From positions 279,315-343,314 of the forward strand of contig CP055307.1 of the NCBI GenBank assembly GCA_013374835.1: a DNA stretch of 64,000 nt, given 5' to 3'. A program made the position numbers and the translations under genes. Below are positions 26,772-35,482 of this stretch, one piece after another. The notes beneath the pieces are model-generated. The model ran no database searches. It was not told the origin of the DNA and worked only from the letters and a program-made list of their open reading frames with translations. Each line of letters opens with the position of its first letter. The first letter of the stretch is position 1. The stretch comes from Candidatus Woesebacteria bacterium (GTDB lineage: Bacteria > Patescibacteriota > Microgenomatia > UBA8517).

Positions 26772-27788
26772 ATGGCGGGACAGATGACAAAAAGGACAGA
26801 GTTTAGTCAAGCCCTTAAGGCAATAGCGACCGAGCGTGGGCTTGATCTTGACGTGGTTATGGATGCTATAAAGCAGGCCTATGTGGCGGCATATAAAAAA
26901 GACGCGAAAGAGCTTGGAGAGAAAGTTGAAGGTTTAGAATATGATGCGGAAATAGATCCTGTTACTGGTGAGGCAAGAATTATGGTTTGGTCAGAGGATA
27001 AGCCTGATGAAAAAAAGGATGTTACCCCACCGGGATTTGGAAGGATAGCAGCTCAGACTGCTAAGCAGGTTATTCATCAGAAAATTAGGGAAGCCGAGAA
27101 GAGCGCGATTATGGATGAGTTTAGCGGAAAGATAGGAAGTTTGATTTCTGGGATTGTTTTAAGGTTTGATGGACCGAATGTACGAGTGGATTTGGGAAGG
27201 ACGGAGGGACTTATGCTTGCTTCGGATAGGATACCTAACGAGAGGCTTAATCCAGGACAGAGGTTGACTTTTCTTTTGAAAGATATAGAGGATACTCCGA
27301 GAGGAAAGCAGGTTTTGTTATCGAGAGCCGATACTGAGTTTGTGAGAAAAGTATTTATGAGGGAAGTGCCTGAAATTGCGACCGGCAGCGTTGAGATTAA
27401 AGGCATTGCAAGAGAGCCGGGGGTAAGAACAAAGATTGCTGTTGCTTCTTCGTCGCAAACCGGGGTTGATCCGGTAGGATCTTGCGTTGGCCAAAAGGGG
27501 GTGCGTGTCCAAGCTGTGACTAATGAGCTTGGTGGCGAAAGAGTTGATATTATTGCTTGGACGGAGGATAAGAAGGAGTTTATAAAAGCTTCTTTGTCAC
27601 CTGTAAATATTTTGTCTATTAAAATTAATGAAGATGCAAAAGTTGCTGTTGTAAGTGTAAGCGAAGATGATCTTTCACTTGCAATAGGCAGAGAGGGACA
27701 AAATGCAAGACTTGCCTCTGAGATTACAGGCTATAAAATTGAGGTTGAAAAAGCGAACAAGAGTGAAGAGTCTCAAAAAGAGGATTAG
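26772..27788 (+). CDS. nusA: Transcription factor NusA
   Basis: FGRIAAQTAKQVI.QKIREAE, AREPGVRTKIAV, DPVGSCVGQKG and LAIGREGQNARLA. Confidence 0.97.
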   Translation: MAGQMTKRTEFSQALKAIATERGLDLDVVMDAIKQAYVAAYKKDAKELGEKVEGLEYDAEIDPVTGEARIMVWSEDKPDEKKDVTPPGFGRIAAQTAKQVIHQKIREAEKSAIMDEFSGKIGSLISGIVLRFDGPNVRVDLGRTEGLMLASDRIPNERLNPGQRLTFLLKDIEDTPRGKQVLLSRADTEFVRKVFMREVPEIATGSVEIKGIAREPGVRTKIAVASSSQTGVDPVGSCVGQKGVRVQAVTNELGGERVDIIAWTEDKKEFIKASLSPVNILSIKINEDAKVAVVSVSEDDLSLAIGREGQNARLASEITGYKIEVEKANKSEESQKED

Positions 27789-27814
27789 CATGGGACTTAG
27801 AAAGGTGAATAATT

Positions 27815-29212
27815 ATGTTAAAGACGAGAAACCCGATTGTAACTGTTTTGGGTCATGTGGATCATGGAAAGACTACGCTTCTTGATGCCATCAGAAAGAC
27901 AAATGTGGCTAATCGGGAAGCCGGAGGAATAACTCAGAGCATAGGAGCTTCAAAGGTTAATACTAAGCAGGGTGAGATAGTATTTATAGATACTCCTGGA
28001 CACGCCGCTTTTTCCGAGATGAGGCAACGGGGTGTGAAGATTGCCGATATAGCTCTTTTAGTCGTGGCATCGGATGATGGGGTTAAACCTCAAACGCAAG
28101 AAGCTTTAAGTTATATTAAAGAATCAAAAACGCCTTTTTTGGTTGTATTTACAAAAACTGATTTACCTACAAGCAATATTGAAAAATCTTTGGTTGAACT
28201 TGAGAAGTTGGGAGTATTTTTTGAGGGGCGAGGTGGAGATACTCCTTATATTTCTGTTTCAGCTAAAAGGCAAGAGGGTATTGAGGATCTTTTGGAACTT
28301 ATTAATTTGTTTGCGCAAGTAAATGAAATTAAAGGAGATCCCGATGGTGAGCTTGAAGGCGTTGTTATAGAGACTAGAAAGGATAAGCGTGGCCTTTTGG
28401 TTTTCGGTGTTATTAGAAACGGTACTTTAAGAAGAGGGGATGATATTGAATCTGGGGGTATACAAGCTAGAGTGAGAGGGCTTTTTGATGAGGGAAATAG
28501 GGCGGTTGAAAGAGCCGGTCCGTCTGATCCTGTTGCGATAATGGGTTTTTCTGTTTTACCAAGTGTGGGAAGCGAAATTAAAAAAGTTGATTTGATCGAC
28601 GAGAGGGAGAAGTATGTAGAAAATTTTAGCGGCAATGTCTTTGCTAAAGCTAAAGAGGAGCAAATAGCGGTGGTGATTAAAGCCAGCAGTGCAGGATGCC
28701 TTGAAGCAGTATTGGGAAGTTTGCCTGAGGACGTGATAGTTATTCGTGCCGATGTGGGTGAGATTAATGATGCCGATATTTTTTTTGCTAAAGCAGCTGG
28801 GGCAATGATATTCACTTTTGATGTAAAAGTGGGTTCTTTGGTAAAGAAGCTAGCTGAAACAGAAGGCGTTAAGATTGAGAGCTTTGAGATAATTTATGAG
28901 CTTATTAAGAGACTTGCTGAGATTGTTGATTCTAAAAAAAAGAAAATTTTGGGAAAGGGTGAGGTTCTTCAGGTTTTTCCTTATGAAAATAAAAAGGTTG
29001 CCGGAATTAAAGTTAAGGAGGGAAGAATTGCTTTAGGAGATACCGTCAAAATTTTAGAGGGTGAAAAACAGATTGGTATTGCCAAAATTATTTCTATGAG
29101 AAAACAAAAAGTCGAGGTGAAAGAGGTTTTTGTGGGTGAGGAGTGTGGATTAATATTTGTTCCACAGCTTGATTTTGATAGGGGAGATGTGATACTATCA
29201 TTAGGATCTTAA
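27815..29212 (+). CDS. infB: Translation initiation factor IF-2 lacking the N-terminal domain
   Basis: Begins directly at [19 protein letters not shown]; REAGGITQ and DTPGHAAF present; 465 aa. Confidence 0.95.
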   Translation: MLKTRNPIVTVLGHVDHGKTTLLDAIRKTNVANREAGGITQSIGASKVNTKQGEIVFIDTPGHAAFSEMRQRGVKIADIALLVVASDDGVKPQTQEALSYIKESKTPFLVVFTKTDLPTSNIEKSLVELEKLGVFFEGRGGDTPYISVSAKRQEGIEDLLELINLFAQVNEIKGDPDGELEGVVIETRKDKRGLLVFGVIRNGTLRRGDDIESGGIQARVRGLFDEGNRAVERAGPSDPVAIMGFSVLPSVGSEIKKVDLIDEREKYVENFSGNVFAKAKEEQIAVVIKASSAGCLEAVLGSLPEDVIVIRADVGEINDADIFFAKAAGAMIFTFDVKVGSLVKKLAETEGVKIESFEIIYELIKRLAEIVDSKKKKILGKGEVLQVFPYENKKVAGIKVKEGRIALGDTVKILEGEKQIGIAKIISMRKQKVEVKEVFVGEECGLIFVPQLDFDRGDVILSLGS

Positions 29213-29306
29213 TCCGATAGTAGTATGGAAAATTCGTTTGGTAATTTTATTAAAAATTATAAATCAGCGCTGATTTTATTACCCCAGAATCCACAGCTTG
29301 ATTTTG
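29161..29306. repeat. Exact 17-bp direct repeat
   Basis: TCCACAGCTTGATTTTG at 29161-29177 and at 29290-29306. Confidence 0.7.
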
Positions 29307-30085
29307 TTGCCTCGGGGTTATCACTTTTTTTAGCCCTTAAAAAAGAGTACGAAGTTAATATATCTTGCTCAAGCCCTATGACGGTTACTTTTAATAGGCT
29401 TGTCGGTGTTGATAAGATTAGGGAAAGTTATGGAAACAAAAATTTGGTGATTAGTTTTGAAAACTATGATGCTACGGCAATAGAGCGTGTTTCGGCCGAT
29501 AGTGATGATGGTTTGTTTAGATTAACAGTAGTCACGAAAGAGAATTATGACCCACCGCTTGATGAGAATTTGAAAATTTCGTATTCAGGTGTGTCTTCTC
29601 AGCTTGTTATTTTGATAGGTGGGAGAGATCAGAAAGATTTTCCACAGATAACTTCTAGTGAGTTTGAGGGTGTAAAAATTGTACATATTGGAGTGACTGA
29701 AATTTCTCTACCCTCCTCTTTAGAGATAATTTCTTTTGCCAGGCCTTCTTCATCTGTATCGGAGCTTGTCGCCTTTTATATTAAAGAATTTACAGAATTT
29801 GATTCTGATATTGCCTCAAATTTGTTGATAGGGATTTATAGCGGAAGCAGAAACTTTACAAGTTCTAGAGTTAGCGTTGATACTTTTAAAATTAGTGGAG
29901 AGCTTTTAGGTGCTGGAGGCAGAATTCCTTCAACAAACGAACTCGCAAGGCGGCAAACGGGGTTTAACCCAGCTGATCTAAGGAGTGCTTTTTCTATGGA
30001 GAAACCTGATGTTGAGAGTACAAATCCACCTTCCGAGTGGATGCAAACTCCAAAGATTTATAAAGGAACTAAAAATATTTCTTAA
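29225..30085 (+). CDS. Degenerate DHH/NrnA-like protein
   Basis: Position after infB and DHH-like segments (ALILLP.NP.LD..ASGLSL, SSSVSELV, IASNLLIGI..GSRNF); the DxD and DHH catalytic motifs are not conserved. Confidence 0.65.
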   Translation: MENSFGNFIKNYKSALILLPQNPQLDFVASGLSLFLALKKEYEVNISCSSPMTVTFNRLVGVDKIRESYGNKNLVISFENYDATAIERVSADSDDGLFRLTVVTKENYDPPLDENLKISYSGVSSQLVILIGGRDQKDFPQITSSEFEGVKIVHIGVTEISLPSSLEIISFARPSSSVSELVAFYIKEFTEFDSDIASNLLIGIYSGSRNFTSSRVSVDTFKISGELLGAGGRIPSTNELARRQTGFNPADLRSAFSMEKPDVESTNPPSEWMQTPKIYKGTKNIS

Positions 30086-30105
30086 AAAGGTGAAGAAATT
30101 TGTGT

Positions 30106-30133
30106 TTGACAAGGGTTTTTTGTATGCTATTAT
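30106..30133 (+). promoter_or_regulatory. Promoter of rpsO-pnp
   Basis: TTGACA, 16-nt spacer, TGcTATTAT. Confidence 0.7.
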
Positions 30134-30194
30134 AAGTTTCGCGGTGCATGACTGGGAGTTGGCATAAGACCTCATCTCGGCTTGGCATGACAAT

Positions 30195-30461
30195 ATGGCA
30201 TTAACTACTAAAGAAAAACAGATCATAATTAAAAAGTTTGCAAGAGAAAAGGGAGATACAGGATCTCCTGAGGTACAAATAGCCTTGTTGACAGAAAGAA
30301 TTAATAAACTTTCCGAACATCTTAAGCTACACAAGAAAGATTTTCACTCAAGACGCGGACTTTTAAGTATGGTTGCAAAGAGAAGGAGACTCTTGAGTTA
30401 TCTTCAAAAACGCGACGAAAATCGCTTTGTTGCTCTTAAGAAAATTTTGGGTCTGAAGTAA
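30195..30461 (+). CDS. rpsO: 30S ribosomal protein S15
   Basis: [13 protein letters not shown]...[12 protein letters not shown]. Confidence 0.98.
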   Translation: MALTTKEKQIIIKKFAREKGDTGSPEVQIALLTERINKLSEHLKLHKKDFHSRRGLLSMVAKRRRLLSYLQKRDENRFVALKKILGLK

Positions 30462-32705
30462 ATGGGCAAGAAAATAGAGAAGACAATTGAATTGGGGGGG
30501 AGAAAATTAACTCTTTCTACTGGATATTTAGCTGGACAGGCGGATTGTAGTGTTCTTGCTCAGTATGGTGAAACGGTGGTACTTGTGACTGTTACCAGTT
30601 CAGATTTGTTTGAAGACCGTGGCTATTTTCCATTGAGCGTTGAGTATCAAGAGAGGCTTTATGCGGGTGGTCGTATAAAGGGTAGCAGATGGGTAAAAAG
30701 GGAGGGTCGTCCTTCAGATGACGAAGTTTTGAAGGGAAGGCTTATTGATAGATCCATAAGACCATTATTCCCAAAGGATTACAAAAAGGAAGTACAAATT
30801 ACCGTTACTGTTTTATCGGTTGATTTGGAGAATGATCCAATCTATCCTGCTTCTATTGCTGTCTCAGCGGCTTTGGCGGCGTCGAAGCTTTATTGGATGG
30901 GACCTGTGGGAGTTGTTTCCGTTGGAGTAAAGGACAAGGCTTATTTTTTGAACCCGCGTGAATCGGAAAGGGCTTATTCGGATATGGATTTGGTAGTTGC
31001 GACGACGCGAGATTCGGTAGTAATGATTGAAGCCGGTGCGAATGAAGTATCTGAAAAGGACATTTTGGGTGGAATTGAGTTTGCACAAAAAGAACTAGTT
31101 CACATAATTAATTTTATTGAAGAATTTGCAAAAGCGGTAGGAAATAAAAAAGAAAAGGTCGAAAAAGCGTCTTATAACGTTTCTTTAGAGAATCAGATTA
31201 AGAAAATTGTTGAGAAGGACCTTGACTCTTTGATTTTGAGAATGTCTTTAAAGGAGGGTGAATTTGCCGATTTTTTGAATCTTCAACAAGCGGTTTTTGA
31301 GTCCGTTGGTGAAGAGAGTAAAAAAGAGGCTGCTGAAATTCTTGATTTATTGGTGAAGCGGAGAGTAAGGGAAATGATTCTATCAGGCAAAAGACCAGAC
31401 GGACGGAAATTGGATGAAATTAGAAAGCTATCTTCCGAGGTTGGTGTGCTTCCCAGAACTCACGGGTCTGCCATTTTTACAAGAGGAATGACACAGGTTC
31501 TTACTGTGACTACATTGGGTTCACCTTCTTTGGGACAACTTATTGAGTCTGCAGAGGGGGAAGAGGAGAAGCGTTATATACATCACTATTCAATGCCTCC
31601 TTATTCGACCGGTGAAATCGGTAGAATCGGTTCTCCGTCAAGACGAGAAATCGGTCATGGGGCTTTGGCCGAGCGCGCATTAGAGCCTGTTCTTCCACTT
31701 GAGTCTGAGTTTCCTTATGTTATACGTGTTGTATCCGAGGTTTTAAGCTCGAATGGATCTACCTCGATGGCTTCGGTGTGCGGGTCTACCTTGTCCCTTA
31801 TGGATGCGGGAGTACCTATTAAATCGCCGGTTTCGGGGATAGCTATGGGTCTTGTGATAAATAACGAGAAGGAATATTCGATAATTTCTGATATTGCTGG
31901 GATTGAGGACTTTAACGGTGATATGGATTTTAAGGTTGCTGGTACTAAGAATGGAATTACCGCTTTACAGTTAGATGTGAAGACGCTTAATTTAACTTTG
32001 CCAATATTATCTAAAGCAATGGAGCAGGCAAAACAGGGAAGAGCTTATATTTTAGAATCTATGCTTAAGACTATTTCGGAACCAAGAGCAAAGGTTTCTA
32101 CATATGCTCCAAAAATTAAAACTTTGAAGATTGATGTGGAGAAAATAGGTGAAGTAATAGGGCCAGGAGGAAGAGTTATAAAAAAGATAATTGCCGATAC
32201 GGGAGCGGAGGTTGAGGTAGAGGACGATGGGACTGTAAACATAACCGGCATGACGGATGAATCAGTTAACAGCGCCTTGGAAAAAATTGAGGGATTGACG
32301 AAGGATGTTGTTATAGGTGAGATATATAACGGTACAGTGAGAAGAATACAGCCTTTTGGCGTATTTGTGGAAATATTGCCTGGCAAGGAAGGGCTTGTAC
32401 GCATTGGCGATATGTCAACAGAATTTGTTAAAGAACCGTCGGATCTTGTAGATGTAAATGATAAAGTGGACGTTCGGGTAAAAGAAATTGATGACATGGG
32501 ACGAATTAATCTTTCGATGATACTTGATCCTTTAAAAGAAAAAAGCAATAACTCGCGGGGTAATAGAAACGACAGAAGTTTTGACAGACGAGATTTGGGT
32601 AGAAACAGGAGAAGCGGGGGAAGATCGACACAAAGATCCGGCCCTCATTTTCCAGCAAGTAGACTAGTTTCTTCTGATAATAAAAAAGGTGGCTTTAGAC
32701 GTTAA
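30462..32705 (+). CDS. pnp: Polyribonucleotide nucleotidyltransferase
   Basis: FPLSVEYQER, RLIDRSIRPLFP, RREIGHG, SNGSTSMASVC and DMDFKVAGT, with KH and S1 domains. Confidence 0.98.
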   Translation: MGKKIEKTIELGGRKLTLSTGYLAGQADCSVLAQYGETVVLVTVTSSDLFEDRGYFPLSVEYQERLYAGGRIKGSRWVKREGRPSDDEVLKGRLIDRSIRPLFPKDYKKEVQITVTVLSVDLENDPIYPASIAVSAALAASKLYWMGPVGVVSVGVKDKAYFLNPRESERAYSDMDLVVATTRDSVVMIEAGANEVSEKDILGGIEFAQKELVHIINFIEEFAKAVGNKKEKVEKASYNVSLENQIKKIVEKDLDSLILRMSLKEGEFADFLNLQQAVFESVGEESKKEAAEILDLLVKRRVREMILSGKRPDGRKLDEIRKLSSEVGVLPRTHGSAIFTRGMTQVLTVTTLGSPSLGQLIESAEGEEEKRYIHHYSMPPYSTGEIGRIGSPSRREIGHGALAERALEPVLPLESEFPYVIRVVSEVLSSNGSTSMASVCGSTLSLMDAGVPIKSPVSGIAMGLVINNEKEYSIISDIAGIEDFNGDMDFKVAGTKNGITALQLDVKTLNLTLPILSKAMEQAKQGRAYILESMLKTISEPRAKVSTYAPKIKTLKIDVEKIGEVIGPGGRVIKKIIADTGAEVEVEDDGTVNITGMTDESVNSALEKIEGLTKDVVIGEIYNGTVRRIQPFGVFVEILPGKEGLVRIGDMSTEFVKEPSDLVDVNDKVDVRVKEIDDMGRINLSMILDPLKEKSNNSRGNRNDRSFDRRDLGRNRRSGGRSTQRSGPHFPASRLVSSDNKKGGFRR

Positions 32706-32725
32706 GAGAGTGTTATATTAGAAGT

Positions 32726-33766
32726 GTGGAAGGAAATGAATTAATTACTTCATTGGAAGAAAAAATAAAGGCAGGTGATATCCCTGAGGATTTAGCTGAA
32801 AGTGTTTTGGCAAGACTTGAGCAGTTGGCTAAATTAACGCAGTCCCCTACCTTTTTGCCGGAGCTAGACAGACTTAACAGATATGTTGATTGGATTACAG
32901 ATCTTCCTTGGAATAAGAAAACGGAGGATTCACTAGATTTATCCCATGCTTCTGAGATTATGAATAAGAATCATTATGGCTTAAACCAGCTTAAAGATCG
33001 CGTGCTTGAATACTTGGCTGTTATGAAATTAAAAAAGAAAAGTGGTCAAAATATTGCTCGTGCTCCGATTCTTTGTTTTGTAGGTCTTGTGGGGACAGGA
33101 AAGACAACTTTTGCTTATTCGGTGGCAGAAGCTTTGGGGAGGAAAATCGCGCGAATTCCTTTTGGCGGTATGGGAGACCCCCTTGACTTGAGGGGTCAGT
33201 CGAAGCTTCATCCCGAGGCTGAGCCTGGAAAGATAATAAAATCACTAAGATCTACCCAGAGCAAAAATTGTGTTATTCTTCTTGATGAGATTGATAGAGT
33301 AACAGATGAAGGCAGGGCTTCGATAATGGGAGTTTTGGTGGAACTTTTGGATCCTGAGCAAAATAACGCTTTTACGGATCACTATATTGACTATCCTTTT
33401 GATTTGAGTGAAACGATATTTATTGCCACTGCCAATAATACGACAAATATTGCTACTGCTGTTATGGATAGAATTGAGCCAATACAAATGCCTTCTTATG
33501 TTGATGAGGAAAAAATAGTAATCGGACGCGATTACATTTTGCCAAAAGCTCTTTCGGAATCCGGCATTTCTAATGATGTTATTGAGATAGATGACACTGT
33601 TTGGTCACAGTTTGTGAGGCCTTTGGGATACGATGCGGGTATAAGAACTCTTGAGAGGACAATTAAGGGAATGGTTAGAAAAATTGCCAGAATGATAGTA
33701 GAGGGCAGGGGAGAAAAGTTTAAGATTACCAAGGATAATGTAAAAGAGTATTTGCCCACTTGGTAA
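32726..33766 (+). CDS. Lon-type AAA+ ATPase lacking the Lon N-domain and peptidase domain
   Basis: YVDWITDLPW, HYGL..LKDRVLEYLAV, ILCFVGLVGTGKT, LLDEIDR, LLDPEQNNAFTDHY and GIRTLER; the ORF ends at 346 aa. Confidence 0.88.
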   Translation: MEGNELITSLEEKIKAGDIPEDLAESVLARLEQLAKLTQSPTFLPELDRLNRYVDWITDLPWNKKTEDSLDLSHASEIMNKNHYGLNQLKDRVLEYLAVMKLKKKSGQNIARAPILCFVGLVGTGKTTFAYSVAEALGRKIARIPFGGMGDPLDLRGQSKLHPEAEPGKIIKSLRSTQSKNCVILLDEIDRVTDEGRASIMGVLVELLDPEQNNAFTDHYIDYPFDLSETIFIATANNTTNIATAVMDRIEPIQMPSYVDEEKIVIGRDYILPKALSESGISNDVIEIDDTVWSQFVRPLGYDAGIRTLERTIKGMVRKIARMIVEGRGEKFKITKDNVKEYLPTW

Positions 33767-33778
33767 AAGGAGTGAATA

Positions 33779-35434
33779 ATGGATAGATTAAAATTTATAG
33801 CGCTATCAGGGACTACTGCTGTTACCGAAAACTTTTATGTTTATGAGTATGGCGGTGATATGATTGTAATTGATTGTGGGGTAGGTTTTCCGGATCCTGA
33901 AATGTATGGGGTGGATTTGGTGATTCCTGATTTTTCCTACATTAAGGAGAATTCTTCAAAATTGAGAGGAATTGTTGTTACACACGGTCATGAGGACCAT
34001 TTTGGTGCATTGCCTTTTTTGTTGCGGGAGGTAAAAGCTCCGATTTACGCTTCGAAACTAACTGCTGGATTTATTAAAGATAAGCTTGCCGATTATAATA
34101 TAAAAGATTTCGAAATTAATGAGGTTGATCCTGAGAAAGATACCCCTTTAGAGTTTGGAGTTTTTAAACTTACTTCTTTTCGAGTTTCCCACTCGGTGCC
34201 AGATTCTATTGCTTTTTTTATAGAAACTCCTGTTGGGAATATACTTCATGTATCGGATTATAAATTTGACTGGACTCCTGTTGATAATAAGCCGTTTAAT
34301 GTAAATAAAGCCGCATATCTTTCATCAAAGGGTGTGATGTGCTTGATGTCGGATTGTTTGGGCTCGACAAGTCCTGGATATACTGAGAGTGAGAGAAGGA
34401 TTGAGGATCGGATTGAGGATATTGTTGAAAAAGCTGTTGGGAGAGTATTTTTTACCACAATTTCTTCGAATATTTCAAGGATGCAGCAGGCCATAAACGT
34501 TGCAAGTAGGTTAAATAGAAAGGTTTGTATGGTGGGAAGGTCTGTAGTTGCCAAGAGCGATATTGCTAAGAATTTGGGTTATTTGCACTACCCTAATGAT
34601 TTAATGATTAGTCCTAAAGAAATCGGGAAATTCGCTAAAGATCGCATGCTTTATATTATTTCTGGATCTTACGGACAGCCTGGGAGTGCTTTATATAGAA
34701 CCGCCATGGATGAGCATCAGTTTTTAAAGATAGAGGAGGGCGATACAGTGATATTTTCCGGTGACCCTGCTCCTCCAGGGTCAAAAGCAAATGTGGACTT
34801 TGTAGTTGATAGGCTTTTTGAGCTAAATGTGGATGTTCATTATTACGATATGCAGGAGGACCTTCATGTTTCCGGACATGGAAGTCAGCAGGATATTCAA
34901 ATGCTTTTTGGTATAGTTAAGCCAAAATATTTTGTACCGATTGGTGGAACAATTAGGCATATGAGAGCTTACAGGCGTTTGGCTGTTGATATGGGGGCGA
35001 AAGAAAGCGATGTTTTTGAGCTTCTTTCAGGGGATGTTATTGAATTTACCCAGAATGGAGCGCGTCTTGGTAAGCGAGTTTGGGTGAAGAATGTCCTTGT
35101 TGATGGGCTTGGTATTGGCGATGTTGGCAATGTCGTGCTTCGCGACAGAAGGATACTTTCGCAAGACGGGATAGTAGTGGCTATAGTTCAGATAGATAAA
35201 GCAAAGGAGAAGCTTTTTGTAAATCCAGAGATAATAAGCCGCGGTTTTGTTTTTGAAAAGCAGACTAAGAATTTTCTTAACGACGCTTCGAAATTATTGG
35301 CTAAAAAACTTTCTTTAGTAAGAGCACGGGATATAAGACAGATAAAAAATGAGACAGTTGAAATTTTGGAACAGTTTTTTTTCCGCGAGACTGGAAGAAG
35401 GCCAATGATACTTCCTGTTGTTATTGATATTTAA
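33779..35434 (+). CDS. rnj: Ribonuclease J
   Basis: THGHEDHFG, HSVPD, DYKFDWTP, HVSGH, VDGLGIGDVGNVVLRDR and RRPMILP; AAGGAG Shine-Dalgarno. Confidence 0.95.
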   Translation: MDRLKFIALSGTTAVTENFYVYEYGGDMIVIDCGVGFPDPEMYGVDLVIPDFSYIKENSSKLRGIVVTHGHEDHFGALPFLLREVKAPIYASKLTAGFIKDKLADYNIKDFEINEVDPEKDTPLEFGVFKLTSFRVSHSVPDSIAFFIETPVGNILHVSDYKFDWTPVDNKPFNVNKAAYLSSKGVMCLMSDCLGSTSPGYTESERRIEDRIEDIVEKAVGRVFFTTISSNISRMQQAINVASRLNRKVCMVGRSVVAKSDIAKNLGYLHYPNDLMISPKEIGKFAKDRMLYIISGSYGQPGSALYRTAMDEHQFLKIEEGDTVIFSGDPAPPGSKANVDFVVDRLFELNVDVHYYDMQEDLHVSGHGSQQDIQMLFGIVKPKYFVPIGGTIRHMRAYRRLAVDMGAKESDVFELLSGDVIEFTQNGARLGKRVWVKNVLVDGLGIGDVGNVVLRDRRILSQDGIVVAIVQIDKAKEKLFVNPEIISRGFVFEKQTKNFLNDASKLLAKKLSLVRARDIRQIKNETVEILEQFFFRETGRRPMILPVVIDI

Positions 35435-35482
35435 TCCTTACTTTTAAGCTTTTAGACCCTGGTTTATAATGGTAGTTAGTAA

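Noticed and set aside
28246-28815. Long antisense ORFs (also 22779-23255, 32045-32548, 47122-47601 and others)
   Set aside because: They lie opposite well-conserved genes, have no motifs, and are expected from codon bias.
32726-33766. Lon pseudogene interpretation
   Set aside because: There are no frameshifts or leftover protease sequence, the ATPase motifs are intact and spacing to both neighbours is tight; kept as a CDS.
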